NCBI GenBank assembly: GCA_041910335.1
Contig: JAYRRF010000010.1
Location: 1-57,564, forward strand
Length of the DNA stretch: 57,564 nucleotides
Reading direction: 5' to 3'
Origin: Candidatus Moraniibacteriota bacterium
GTDB lineage: Bacteria > Patescibacteriota > Minisyncoccia > Moranbacterales > UBA1568
Positions 1-12,380 of the stretch are shown one piece after another. Both the position numbers and the translations under genes were made by a program. Position 1 is the first letter of the stretch; every line of letters begins with the position of its first letter. The notes beneath the pieces are model-generated. The model ran no database searches and was not told the DNA's origin. It was given only the letters and a program-made list of their open reading frames with translations.

Positions 1-1135
1 CCAAAGCTCCTTGTCTCTTAGCTTCACGAAGTGCTGCGAGGGTATCCGCTGTCTCACCAGACTGTGAGAGGACAATGACTGCTGTATGTTTGTCTACGGT
101 AAGCTTCCGGTAACGAAACTCAGAAGCAAACTCAACTTCCGCAGGTATACCGGCGAATTCTTCGATGAGGTATTCTCCAACTAGGCTAGCATGGTATGAC
201 GTACCACAAGATACAAGGATGATTCTTTTCACGCCGAGTAATTGTCTCTCTACTTCACGCAAACCTCCCAGTCGAGCCGTCCCTTCATCAAGGAGGAGTC
301 TCCCCCGAAAAGCATCCTCGAACGTCTTGGCTTGCTCGAAGATTTCTTTTTGCATGAAATGAGCATAGCCTTCTTTCTTGGCTTCGGACTCAGACCAAGT
401 GACATCGACGACTTCTTTGGCGGCTTTACTCTGACCACTCTTGATACTATGACCCTCTCGACTGAGTATGGCGTACTCTCCGTCTTCTAGATACATCATT
501 TTCCGCGTATATGGTAAGAGTGGGGCTACGTCAGAAGCCACGAACCACTCTCCCTTGCCTACTCCGATGACCAGAGGACTTCCCATTCGAGCAACGTAGA
601 GTTTCTCCGGATCAAGGAGGCTCACCACAGCAATACCATAAGCACCCTTCAGGCGCTTAAGAACTCCTGGTAGGGCTTTTTCGAGTGACCCCACCTTCGT
701 TGCTTCTTGTTCGAGAAGATGTGCAATGACTTCGGTGTCAGTATCTGAGCGAAAACGATACCCTTTCTTCATGAGCTCGCCTTTGAGCTCAGAGTAGTTC
801 TCGATGATGCCGTTGTGTACCACAGCGATAGTCTTATCCTGACTGAGATGAGGATGAGCGTTTTTCTCACTTGGTTTGCCGTGCGTTGCCCAACGTGTGT
901 GAGCGATACCGATGGTGCCAGTCGGTTCTTCTTTGTTGAGGGCTTCTTCGAGATTAGCCACCTTTCCCACTTTCCTCGTCAACAGTATTTCATTTTTACT
1001 CTTCCCTTTTTGAGTTTTGCTTTGCACTATCGCTACCCCCGCACTATCATACCCTCGATACTCTAGTCGCATGAGACCCTCCACCAAGATATCTTTTGCC
1101 TGCTTTGGGCCGATATAGCCGATGATACCGCACAT
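1..1135 (-). CDS. glmS: Glutamine--fructose-6-phosphate aminotransferase (3' part outside window)
   Basis: Not in ORF track. Manual translation from ATG 1135 gives MCGIIGYIG...LEYRGYDSAG, the class II glutamine amidotransferase N-terminus; the frame runs off the window edge. Confidence 0.95.
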   Translation of the reverse strand, partial: MCGIIGYIGPKQAKDILVEGLMRLEYRGYDSAGVAIVQSKTQKGKSKNEILLTRKVGKVANLEEALNKEEPTGTIGIAHTRWATHGKPSEKNAHPHLSQDKTIAVVHNGIIENYSELKGELMKKGYRFRSDTDTEVIAHLLEQEATKVGSLEKALPGVLKRLKGAYGIAVVSLLDPEKLYVARMGSPLVIGVGKGEWFVASDVAPLLPYTRKMMYLEDGEYAILSREGHSIKSGQSKAAKEVVDVTWSESEAKKEGYAHFMQKEIFEQAKTFEDAFRGRLLLDEGTARLGGLREVERQLLGVKRIILVSCGTSYHASLVGEYLIEEFAGIPAEVEFASEFRYRKLTVDKHTAVIVLSQSGETADTLAALREAKRQGAL

Positions 1136-1139
1136 ATGT

Positions 1140-1757
1140 TTAGAGATAATTGAGTAATTCTTTGAGGCTTGTAATTTCGTGCTCTGCTTCGCAGCGAGAA
1201 CACTTTTCAGTGTCTACTTCCAGACGACACATATGGAATGTCCGCACCCCTAACTGATTCAATCTTGGCATAAATGCAGCTTTATCATCAACAAAGACTA
1301 TTTCTTCACCTTCTCGGTCACGTGAAACAACTTCTACCTTGTCCTCACCAGTAATCATGATCTCGTCAAACAAGTGCGCTATACCACTTGAAATGAGTTT
1401 TTGCTTTTGGAAATCATACTGCCCAAAGGTGAGTAAGATAAGAGTATGCCCGCTGTTCCGTAATGCCTGCAAGGTTTCTACCACATCAGGGAAAATGAAA
1501 CTCCGGTGTTCTCTCAAGATATTTTCGATTTGGCTCAGCGCTTCTTCCATAGTCTGGGTTCGCCACCCGAGCATCTCCATCTGTCTCATCGGAGAAAAGA
1601 GCTCCCCTTGGGTCGAGGTCCCATTCGCGAAATAGCTATAGCTCACCTCTATCTCTCTTTCTGTACTCCCCGAACCCTGCAAAATCGGCTTGTAGTAATC
1701 GCGAAAGAAAACTTTCGTTGCCACCAGAGTATTATCGAAGTCCAGATAGATACGCAT
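1140..1757 (-). CDS. HAD-superfamily hydrolase
   Basis: Motif I IYLDFDNTL, motif II LLT, motif IV FVDD; start moved to ATG 1757. Confidence 0.85.
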   Translation of the reverse strand: MRIYLDFDNTLVATKVFFRDYYKPILQGSGSTEREIEVSYSYFANGTSTQGELFSPMRQMEMLGWRTQTMEEALSQIENILREHRSFIFPDVVETLQALRNSGHTLILLTFGQYDFQKQKLISSGIAHLFDEIMITGEDKVEVVSRDREGEEIVFVDDKAAFMPRLNQLGVRTFHMCRLEVDTEKCSRCEAEHEITSLKELLNYL

Positions 1758-1761
1758 ATAC

Positions 1762-2454
1762 TTAGAGGAGATGTTTTTGAATAAAGGCCTCTGCATCTGG
1801 GATATCTTCCGGACAGCCCACTGGCTGCCAAGCAGTTGCCTGGGTGACTGTCACTTTATACTTCCGTGCTACAAGCGCAAGCGTCTGCGGTAGACCATAC
1901 TCTGTCTCTGTGATAGGCACGAGAGGAAAATCAAAGAAATGTGGCGTGATGATGTATGTACCTGTATTGACTACTCCAACCTTTCTATCATGTGGTCGCT
2001 CTGTGATAGCAAGCAAACTCCCGTCATTATGCACCTCTAAGAGACCATACTTCTCTGCATCATCGACTGTCATACCAATGACTGCTCCACCCTCACTCGT
2101 CTCATCGATAAGCTTCTGTAAGTCTATCGGATGATAGAGGTCGTCGCCATTGGTGACGAGTACATTACCAGTAAGAATAGGCCGAAGGAGCATCATCGCC
2201 CCTCCTGTACCATTGAGTACTTCTTGGGTGATGTAGGTGATCTTGCGACCCTGCCACTCATCACCGAAGTGTGCTCGGATCTGTTCTTGGAGATAACCAA
2301 CGATAAGGATGACTTCATCCACACTCTGAGGAAGGCTCTCTATCCGCCACTCTAGGAGTGGTCTTCCGAGAAGCTTGATCATTGGCTTCGGACAGTCATG
2401 ACAAAGCTCGCGCATCCGTGTCCCTTTTCCAGCTGCTAGTATGACTGCTTGCAT
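1762..2454 (-). CDS. Sugar-phosphate nucleotidyltransferase (NTP_transferase family)
   Basis: AVILAAGKGTRM...PKPM signature; lies upstream of glmS. Confidence 0.9.
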   Translation of the reverse strand: MQAVILAAGKGTRMRELCHDCPKPMIKLLGRPLLEWRIESLPQSVDEVILIVGYLQEQIRAHFGDEWQGRKITYITQEVLNGTGGAMMLLRPILTGNVLVTNGDDLYHPIDLQKLIDETSEGGAVIGMTVDDAEKYGLLEVHNDGSLLAITERPHDRKVGVVNTGTYIITPHFFDFPLVPITETEYGLPQTLALVARKYKVTVTQATAWQPVGCPEDIPDAEAFIQKHLL

Positions 2455-2465
2455 AGCCTATTCTC

Positions 2466-5330
2466 TTAACCAATAACAATGCTAACTATCTTATTCGGTA
2501 CGACTATCACTTTTTTGATTTCTTTGCCGCTGATGTATTCTTGCACCTTAGCTAAACTCAGAGCTCTTTTTTCTACCTCATCACTTTCTGCATTCGGAAA
2601 CATCTGAAATTGATCACGAATTTTACCGTTCACTTGAACCACGTAGGTTACTTCTGTAACTGCGACTTTCGTTGCATCATAAACTGGCCATTCTGCTTTG
2701 AAAAGAGATTCTTTATTACCATTTCGAGACCAGAGCTCTTCTGTAAGATGCGGTGCATACGGAGCTAAGAGAAGCAAGAAGAATTGCCACTGTTCCTTGC
2801 TCAAACCACTCTTTTCCAGAACATTAAGCGCACTCATCAAAGCAGCGACACCTGTATTCATTTTGAGAGTCTCTATACTTTCTTCTACTTTAGCAAGTGT
2901 CTGATGGAGTATCCTCTCTACTTCTTTAGATGTTTCTTCTGATAATGCTTCTACCTTTCCTTCAAGCTTCCAAACACGGTCCAGGAAGCGTCTCACTCCT
3001 GCAATACTCTCTGGATTCCATGGATATGCCCCTACCTCATTGTAAGGACCGATAAAGGCTAAGTATATACGAATAGTGTCAGCTCCAAGCTCTGCTACGA
3101 TTTCATCTGGGTCAATGACGTTGCCCTTGGATTTACTCATTTTATTGCCATCCGGACCCAAAATCAGACTTCGATTCATGCGTTTCTGATACGGCTCTGC
3201 TTCAGTGACCAAACCAAGATCAAAAAGAGCCTTATGAAAAAAGCGGGAGTAGAGTAAGTGCATAGTGGTATGTTCTGCACCACCGCTATACAGATTGACC
3301 GGCATCCATGAAGCTAGTTTTTCCTTTTGCGCAAAAACTTCCCCATTCATTGGGTCACAATAGCGAAGGAAATACCAGCTGCTGTCCACAAAAGTATCAA
3401 GTGTATCTGTTTCCCGACGCGCTGGCTTACCACACTTCGGACACGTGGTATTCACAAAATCAGCATTCTTAGAGAGTGGGCTTTCTCCATTATCATTAGG
3501 CAGGTAGTTTTCTACCACTGGTAGCTCTACAGGTAAATGCTCATCCGCTACAGCTTGCCAGCCACAATCAACACAATGTGCCAAAGGAATTGGGCAACCC
3601 CAATATCGTTGACGGCTTACCCCCCAATCACGTAAACGGTAGGTTTTGGTCATCTGACCTCCGACAGTAGCGAGTATTTTTTGACCAGCTTCCATACTCA
3701 TCATGCCATCAAATTCTCCCGAACCAGTAAGCATCCCTCTACTCGTTACCACAGCTTGCTCATCCTGCTTGAGGTACTGCTCTACTGCCCATCGTGCTTC
3801 AGCTACAGTGAAGTAATCTTTGAGTTTGCTTTTCTCTACCCATACGACATCATGCTGAACTTTATCTTCCTCAGTCATCTCATCACGCTCATCATCGACG
3901 AGCTCAAATAATGCAAAACTCCAGGTTGAGTGACGATTGGTTTTTTTGCCACGATGGTAGAACTTCGTGTGCTTCTTGACTTCAGGAATAGCGATGAGCT
4001 TCAAGTTTTTATAACCTGTTTCTTCGAGAATTTCTCTTCTAGCAGTCTCTTCAATACTCTCACCATCTTCGATACCACCAGTGACTACGCCCTTCATATC
4101 AAAAGCCTTCCAAGAGATAGAGAGAAATGAGTCTGTCTTGGGGTCATAGACCGCTGTCGCTACGGCCTGCCTTGGCTCTGTCTCTTCGTCTGGTCGGTAA
4201 GCATCATCGCGCTCACCTTCTGTCACCACACACTCTTCAATTACAGTCTTGATAGGAAGATTGAATTTCTCCGCAAAAGCATGATCGCGCTCATCATGAC
4301 CAGGTACGGCCATAATCGCTCCCGTGCCATAACCAGCCAAAACATAGTCAGCTACATACACTGGTATCTCTTCTTTGGTAGCCGGATTAAGTACCTTAAT
4401 ACCTACCAATTCAACACCTGTCTTTTCTTTATTAAGATTCGTACGCTCAATTTCACTTTTCTTTTTAGCGGTCTCTATGTATGCTGCTACCTCGCTCCAG
4501 TTCTCTATTTGTGACTGCCAATTCTGAAGAGAAGCATGTTCTGGTGCCATCACCATATAAGTCACACCAAAGAGCGTATCCGGACGCGTAGTGAAAACCC
4601 GAAGGGTATCCTCTGTTCCCAAAACAGCAAATTCAATTTTGGCACCCTCACTTCTTCCAATCCAATTTTTCTGAGCGAGCTTGATCTCCTCTGGCCAGTC
4701 GAGTTTATCTAAGTCATCAATCAATCTGTCGGCATACTGTGTAATTTTCACCTGCCACTGCTTCATAACTTTCTTTTCGATAGCAGTACCACAGCGCTCA
4801 CAAGTATTGTTGACTACTTGCTCATTTGCAAGCACCGTCTTACATGATGGACACCAGTTAGCAAGTGTTTCACGTTCTTCTACCAAGCCAGCATGAAAGA
4901 GCTGTATGAATAGCCATTGCGTCCATTTATAGTAACCTGGGTCACAGGTCACTACTCTGCGCTCCCAATCAAACATAGCTCCCATAGACTGAAGCTGCTT
5001 TTGCATATGTTCCATGTTGTCATAGGTCCAGTCGCGAGGATTGAGGTTTCTCTTAATAGCAGCATTCTCTGCTGGTAAACCAAACGCATCAAAACCAATT
5101 GGGTAGAGCACATTCTTACCACGCATTTTCTGAAAACGAGCATGAATATCTGGCACCGCAAAGGCATACCAGTGTCCTACATGAAGATTCCCTGAGGGAT
5201 AGGCAAATTCTACCAACTGATAAAAATTCTCCTTTCCTGGTACCTGGTCGGCTACTTTGTGGAGACTATTTTTCTCCCAATATGCTTGCCATTTAGGCTC
5301 AATGATTTCTGGCTGGTACGTACTATTCAT
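2466..5330 (-). CDS. leuS: Leucine--tRNA ligase with inserted NUDIX domain
   Basis: YPSGNLHVGH (HIGH), KMSKSKGN, editing motif GTGAIMAVPGHDERD, and a complete Nudix box at 4011-4079. Confidence 0.97.
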   Translation of the reverse strand: MNSTYQPEIIEPKWQAYWEKNSLHKVADQVPGKENFYQLVEFAYPSGNLHVGHWYAFAVPDIHARFQKMRGKNVLYPIGFDAFGLPAENAAIKRNLNPRDWTYDNMEHMQKQLQSMGAMFDWERRVVTCDPGYYKWTQWLFIQLFHAGLVEERETLANWCPSCKTVLANEQVVNNTCERCGTAIEKKVMKQWQVKITQYADRLIDDLDKLDWPEEIKLAQKNWIGRSEGAKIEFAVLGTEDTLRVFTTRPDTLFGVTYMVMAPEHASLQNWQSQIENWSEVAAYIETAKKKSEIERTNLNKEKTGVELVGIKVLNPATKEEIPVYVADYVLAGYGTGAIMAVPGHDERDHAFAEKFNLPIKTVIEECVVTEGERDDAYRPDEETEPRQAVATAVYDPKTDSFLSISWKAFDMKGVVTGGIEDGESIEETARREILEETGYKNLKLIAIPEVKKHTKFYHRGKKTNRHSTWSFALFELVDDERDEMTEEDKVQHDVVWVEKSKLKDYFTVAEARWAVEQYLKQDEQAVVTSRGMLTGSGEFDGMMSMEAGQKILATVGGQMTKTYRLRDWGVSRQRYWGCPIPLAHCVDCGWQAVADEHLPVELPVVENYLPNDNGESPLSKNADFVNTTCPKCGKPARRETDTLDTFVDSSWYFLRYCDPMNGEVFAQKEKLASWMPVNLYSGGAEHTTMHLLYSRFFHKALFDLGLVTEAEPYQKRMNRSLILGPDGNKMSKSKGNVIDPDEIVAELGADTIRIYLAFIGPYNEVGAYPWNPESIAGVRRFLDRVWKLEGKVEALSEETSKEVERILHQTLAKVEESIETLKMNTGVAALMSALNVLEKSGLSKEQWQFFLLLLAPYAPHLTEELWSRNGNKESLFKAEWPVYDATKVAVTEVTYVVQVNGKIRDQFQMFPNAESDEVEKRALSLAKVQEYISGKEIKKVIVVPNKIVSIVIG

Positions 5331-5381
5331 AAAGAAGAAATATCAAAAGTATTTCTATTTTACGCTCACTGAAGCCAAAAA

Positions 5382-5412
5382 TCAAGAACCCCGTCTAGAA
5401 TGACGAGGTTCT
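5382..5412 (-). terminator. Intrinsic terminator after the response regulator
   Basis: Minus-strand hairpin AGAACCTCGTC-ATTCTA-GACGGGGTTCT followed by TGATTTTT. Confidence 0.65.
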
Positions 5413-5435
5413 GCTATCTTCTTTTATATCCTTTT

Positions 5436-5825
5436 CTACTCTTCACCTCCACCCTGAAGCACTTCGAGGGCAGTGTCGACCACACGCTGTGGATCGACGA
5501 GTGACTTGATCATGTAGTACTCAGCGGCGCCAAGTTCAGTCACTGTCTGGAACATATCATCGCTATCTACGTTACTGAGGATAATCACGGGAATCTTACT
5601 GAGCTCACTATCAGCCTTCAACTCTCGCAATACCTGAATACCATCCATCACCGGCATCTGAATATCAAGCAACACAACGCTCGGACGCTTCTCACGAATA
5701 ATACGTAATCCCTCGGCACCATCTGAGGCTAGTACCGTCTCAATACCCTCACTCGCGAATTTCATGCGATAGATTTCGCGAATATCATCATTATCATCAA
5801 CTATACAAATGAGTTTTTGTTCCAT
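5436..5825 (-). CDS. Stand-alone response regulator receiver protein
   Basis: IVDDNDD acidic pocket, LLDIQMP phospho-Asp, conserved Ser and Lys; no output domain. Confidence 0.9.
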   Translation of the reverse strand: MEQKLICIVDDNDDIREIYRMKFASEGIETVLASDGAEGLRIIREKRPSVVLLDIQMPVMDGIQVLRELKADSELSKIPVIILSNVDSDDMFQTVTELGAAEYYMIKSLVDPQRVVDTALEVLQGGGEE

Positions 5826-5878
5826 AGTTTCTTAATTATATAGCTCTAGTCTACCCTGCCTATGAATTTTTGGCTATC

Positions 5879-6328
5879 TTAGCCATCAATATGCATACTA
5901 GCTCCTCGGTGACTGTGATGCTTTCTGGCTACACGGAGACGGTTCAGTTCTTTATCAAGCATGGCAACGGTGCGAGCGTATTCTTCTTCATCGGCGCTTT
6001 CCAGTGTAGTGCTCTTAAGCTCTTCTGCCCTCTTTCTGGCAGCTTCTGCTCGTTCAATATCAATATCCTCAGCACGCTCTGCTCTCTCAGCCAACACCGT
6101 CAAAACATTATCATGGAACTCGACGAAGCCTCTTGACAAAGCGAGTCGCACTTCATCACCAGCCGCTTCTACGAACCGCACCTCCCCTGAAGAAAGCGCT
6201 CCAATATAAGGAATGTGCTCCGGTAAGACCGTCACTTCACCAAAAGTCACAGGAAGTGTTACCTGACTAGCCTCTGTCTCAAGCAAGAGCTTCTCTGGTG
6301 TAACGATTTTGAGTTTGATACTAGACAT
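5879..6328 (-). CDS. atpC: ATP synthase F1 epsilon subunit
   Basis: LKIVTPEK...GEVTVLPEH...GFVE motif and operon position. Confidence 0.93.
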   Translation of the reverse strand: MSSIKLKIVTPEKLLLETEASQVTLPVTFGEVTVLPEHIPYIGALSSGEVRFVEAAGDEVRLALSRGFVEFHDNVLTVLAERAERAEDIDIERAEAARKRAEELKSTTLESADEEEYARTVAMLDKELNRLRVARKHHSHRGASMHIDG

Positions 6329-6334
6329 ACTTCA

Positions 6335-8673
<2,339 letters not shown>

Positions 8674-8677
8674 GACT

Positions 8678-10177
8678 TTATCCTAAAAATGCTTGTTTAA
8701 AGGTCTCAATATGCTGACGAAGCTCTGCTTCAATTTCTTCGTTCAAAGCCTTGGTAGTAGCAATACTCTCGAGAGTAGCCTTACCCTTGCTTTCCATGTA
8801 AGCTAAAAATTCTTGCTCAAAACGATTCACATCTTCTACTTTTATTTCGTCGATAAAACCACGCGTCAAGGCATAGAGAACAACAACTTCCTTCTCTACA
8901 GAAAGAGGCGCGAACTGTGGTTGCTTAAGGATTTCGGTTGCTCTGCGACCACGTTCGATCTGCGTGCGAGTCTTCTCATCAAGATCAGATCCAAACTGGG
9001 CAAAAGCCTCTAATTCACGGAACTGTGCAAGATCAAGACGCAGTGTACCAGACACCTGCTTCATCGCTTTGATCTGAGCTGAAGAACCCACACGAGAGAC
9101 TGAAAGGCCGACATTCAATGCTGGACGTACACCCTTATAGAAAAGATCGCTTTCAAGATAAATCTGCCCATCGGTGATAGAAATGACGTTCGTTGGGATA
9201 TAAGCTGACACATCTCCAGCCTGGGTCTCAATGATAGGCAGTGCCGTGATAGATCCTCCCCCGTACTCTTTACCGAGCTTCGCACTTCGTTCCAAAAGAC
9301 GTGAGTGAAGATAAAACACATCTCCAGGATAGGCTTCACGTCCTGGTGGGCGACGAAGAATGAGAGAGATTTGACGATAGGCTACCGCGTGCTTGGAAAG
9401 ATCATCATAAATGACAAGTACGTCTTTGCCTTTATCCATGAAATACTCGCCCAAAGCACAGCCTGCGTAGGGAGCAATAAAAGAAAGCGCACTCGGATCC
9501 GAGGCTCCAGCGACCACTACCGTGGTGTATTCCATCGCTCCACTTTTGGTGAGCTCTGCCACGATACGAGCAATCTTGGATTCCTTCTGACCAATAGCGA
9601 CATAGATACAGATAACGTCCTGACCCTTCTGATTGATAATGGTATCAATAGCCACCGCAGTCTTACCCGTCTGACGGTCACCAATGATGAGCTCACGCTG
9701 ACCACGTCCTACCGGGATAAGGGCATCGATAGCCTTGATACCGGTCTGAAGAGGCGTCCCTACTGATTCACGCGTGATGACTCCAGGAGCAATCTTTTCT
9801 ACTGGATAGTACTCTGCTTTACTGAGAGCTCCTTTACCATCGATAGGCTCACCCAAGGCATTAAGTACTCGCCCTACTACATCTTCTCCTACTGGGACAG
9901 ACAAAATTTTCCCAGTACTCTTAGCAGTCATCCCCTCATGAATATCACCGGCATCTTCCAAAAGCATGACTCCTACCTCCCCTTCTTCCAAGTTCAAAGC
10001 CACTCCCAATGCACCATTGGCAAACTCTACCATTTCTGAAGCCATTACTTCAGAAAGGCCAGAGAGACGGACCACTCCATCACCTACTTCCAAGACGGTA
10101 CCAATCGCTTCCACTTGGGAAGCCTGTGAAAATTGTTCGATTTGCTTTTTGAGTTCTGAGATAAGAGGACTGCTCAT
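8678..10177 (-). CDS. atpA: ATP synthase F1 alpha subunit
   Basis: [21 protein letters not shown]. Confidence 0.98.
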   Translation of the reverse strand: MSSPLISELKKQIEQFSQASQVEAIGTVLEVGDGVVRLSGLSEVMASEMVEFANGALGVALNLEEGEVGVMLLEDAGDIHEGMTAKSTGKILSVPVGEDVVGRVLNALGEPIDGKGALSKAEYYPVEKIAPGVITRESVGTPLQTGIKAIDALIPVGRGQRELIIGDRQTGKTAVAIDTIINQKGQDVICIYVAIGQKESKIARIVAELTKSGAMEYTTVVVAGASDPSALSFIAPYAGCALGEYFMDKGKDVLVIYDDLSKHAVAYRQISLILRRPPGREAYPGDVFYLHSRLLERSAKLGKEYGGGSITALPIIETQAGDVSAYIPTNVISITDGQIYLESDLFYKGVRPALNVGLSVSRVGSSAQIKAMKQVSGTLRLDLAQFRELEAFAQFGSDLDEKTRTQIERGRRATEILKQPQFAPLSVEKEVVVLYALTRGFIDEIKVEDVNRFEQEFLAYMESKGKATLESIATTKALNEEIEAELRQHIETFKQAFLG

Positions 10178-10187
10178 AGGAGTGAGT

Positions 10188-10580
10188 TTAAGATTTTAGT
10201 GCGTGAGAAAACTGTTTAAGTGAGTGGAGAAGCGTTGCATCGTAGAGAGTATCTCGGCCTCGGATCTGGAATCCTCCCAAGACGCTTTTGTCTACTTCAT
10301 ACTGACACTCACACTGTTTCCCGGGATATAATTCTTCGATTTTTTTCTGAAGCAAGTCTTTTTCTGGTTTTTCAAGAGCGAATTGAGTAGTCACTATCAG
10401 CTGCTCAGTCTTTTGTTCCCTCTCTATTCTCTCGATTGTAGAGAGAAGAATTTCTTTCCATCGTTTCTCTTCACCTTTTTTCCTGAGAAAACCAGCGAAG
10501 TTACTGAGGACCTCACTTGGATTTCCCTCAAGCAGGAGTTCGTGAAGGGCGTTCGCGTATTGTTCAGAGGAAAGATGCAT
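10188..10580 (-). CDS. atpH: ATP synthase F1 delta subunit (short form)
   Basis: YANAL N-terminus, VDKSVLGG C-terminal motif, position between atpF and atpA. Confidence 0.85.
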   Translation of the reverse strand: MHLSSEQYANALHELLLEGNPSEVLSNFAGFLRKKGEEKRWKEILLSTIERIEREQKTEQLIVTTQFALEKPEKDLLQKKIEELYPGKQCECQYEVDKSVLGGFQIRGRDTLYDATLLHSLKQFSHALKS

Positions 10581-10585
10581 AGCTA

Positions 10586-11077
10586 CTATCTACTTTCAAT
10601 TATTCTGGCGATAAGTTCTCTGTCTTTAGGAGTATCTACCTTCTCGAGCAACACTTTTTCTACAGACTGAGTCACGAGTTCAGCTAATTCACCCTTCACG
10701 TCTCGCAACATTTTGGCACGCTCTTCATTAAGGCGAGCTTCGTTCTCACTTAGGAGTTGCTGTATCTTCGTTTCTGTCTCTTGTTCACGTACACTCGCTC
10801 GCTTTTTGGCTTCTGCTTCTGCTTCTGCTACTACCTGACGAGCCTCCTCTCGGGCCTTCTTAAGAATTTCTTTTTCTTCAACCAAAACACTCTCGAGTTT
10901 TTCCTTAGCTTCTGTTGCATCCTTTATACCCTGCTCGATTCGCTCTGCTCGACTTGCGAGGAAATCTAACATTGGCTTATACGCAAAGCGCTTCAGAACA
11001 AAGAAGAGAACAGCAAAGTTGACCCCTTGTGCCAACAAGAGCTTCCATTCTACACCGAGTTTTGCCAAAATTTCCAT
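10586..11077 (-). CDS. atpF: ATP synthase F0 subunit b
   Basis: N-terminal TM helix (QGVNF...LKRFAYKP) followed by coiled coil; start moved to ATG 11077. Confidence 0.92.
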   Translation of the reverse strand: MEILAKLGVEWKLLLAQGVNFAVLFFVLKRFAYKPMLDFLASRAERIEQGIKDATEAKEKLESVLVEEKEILKKAREEARQVVAEAEAEAKKRASVREQETETKIQQLLSENEARLNEERAKMLRDVKGELAELVTQSVEKVLLEKVDTPKDRELIARIIESR

Positions 11078-11098
11078 AAGAGTAACGTACAGATTCAA

Positions 11099-11217
11099 TA
11101 GTCTTTTTGTTTTGGATGACCGTCGAGGCGAGACCGAGGAACACAGTAAGAGGTACTAACATGGTACCGCGTCGCGTACCGGAGGTCTCAACAAAGACGG
11201 GCGCCAAAAGAAAATGA

Positions 11218-11220
<3 letters not shown>
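11099..11220 (-). other. Structured intergenic element between atpE and atpF
   Basis: Imperfect ~25-nt terminal inverted repeats with nested inner stems; see findings. Confidence 0.6.
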
Positions 11221-11463
<243 letters not shown>

Positions 11464-11490
11464 TTATTTTTTAAACTAATGAGTTTTCCT

Positions 11491-11519
11491 ATTATACCGC
11501 CATTTTTTCCACCTGTCCA
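11491..11519 (-). promoter_or_regulatory. Putative internal sigma70 promoter for atpE
   Basis: TGGACA-N17-TATAAT in the atpB-atpE spacer. Confidence 0.65.
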
Positions 11520-11545
11520 ACCATTCAATCCCTACTAAGCACATC

Positions 11546-12298
11546 TTAGTGTTCAGTCTCTACCGTAGCTGTTTTGAGAAAGACCAGTGTCAACATAGCA
11601 AAAACCACTGCCTGAATAAGTCCAACGAATACCTCCAAAAAGAGAAAAGGAAGTGGCAAAATAAAAGGGACGAGATGGAGCATCACTGTCAGCAGGACCT
11701 CTCCCGCAAACACATTACCGAAAAGTCGAAAAGTAAAAGAAATAGTCTTACCAACCTCACTAATGAGTTCAAGTATACCGACAAATGTCCCAATGACGTA
11801 TGGCTTGTGAAATGGGCTGATGAAAAACTTACTTGCGTACTTCCCTACTCCCAAAGCAGTAATTCCTACTAGTTGCACTCCAATAACTACGATAAGAGAG
11901 AGTGCGAGGGTGAAGTTCAGGTCTGCCGAAGTACTCCGCAAGAAAGGAATGATAGTATGGTGTCCTCCATGTTCTCCGTAGATACCTACTGTCCCCAGTC
12001 CTGGCAACAATCCTGCCCAATTAGAGAACAATACAAAGAAAAAAATAGTGGCGATAAGCGGAAAGAATTGAAGAGCCTGCTTTTTGTCATGTGTCACACT
12101 TTCAATCAGATCAAGCAGAGCCTCAAACACAACCTCTACTGGTCCTTGGATTCCTTTTGGGATTTCTTTGAGATTCATCATGAGGCGGCTGAGGGCTACC
12201 ATCAGAAGAACACTGACAATGCCACCAATCAACAATGCATTTGTCACCGGAAAACCACCAAGGGTAAAGAGTTTTTCTGCTGCAATGGAAATTTCCAT
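11546..12298 (-). CDS. atpB: ATP synthase F0 subunit a
   Basis: SFTFRLFGNVFAGE with the essential Arg; multi-TM. Confidence 0.96.
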   Translation of the reverse strand: MEISIAAEKLFTLGGFPVTNALLIGGIVSVLLMVALSRLMMNLKEIPKGIQGPVEVVFEALLDLIESVTHDKKQALQFFPLIATIFFFVLFSNWAGLLPGLGTVGIYGEHGGHHTIIPFLRSTSADLNFTLALSLIVVIGVQLVGITALGVGKYASKFFISPFHKPYVIGTFVGILELISEVGKTISFTFRLFGNVFAGEVLLTVMLHLVPFILPLPFLFLEVFVGLIQAVVFAMLTLVFLKTATVETEH

Positions 12299-12350
12299 CT
12301 CTGTATTTTAGTAAATGAAAAAAGGCTTTCGCCCCGCTCTAAACGCCTCT

Positions 12351-12379
12351 ATTGTACGCCTAAAGACAAAAATCGTCAA
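12351..12379 (-). promoter_or_regulatory. Putative sigma70 promoter of the atp operon
   Basis: TTGACG-N17-TACAAT. Confidence 0.7.
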
Positions 12380-12380
12380 T

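Noticed and set aside
1136-1145. glmS ribozyme
   Set aside because: Only 4 nt separate glmS from the upstream gene.
11162-11171. TGGTACCGCG, a T-box-like motif
   Set aside because: Antisense to the atp operon, with no stem I, specifier or terminator; explained by the local hairpin.
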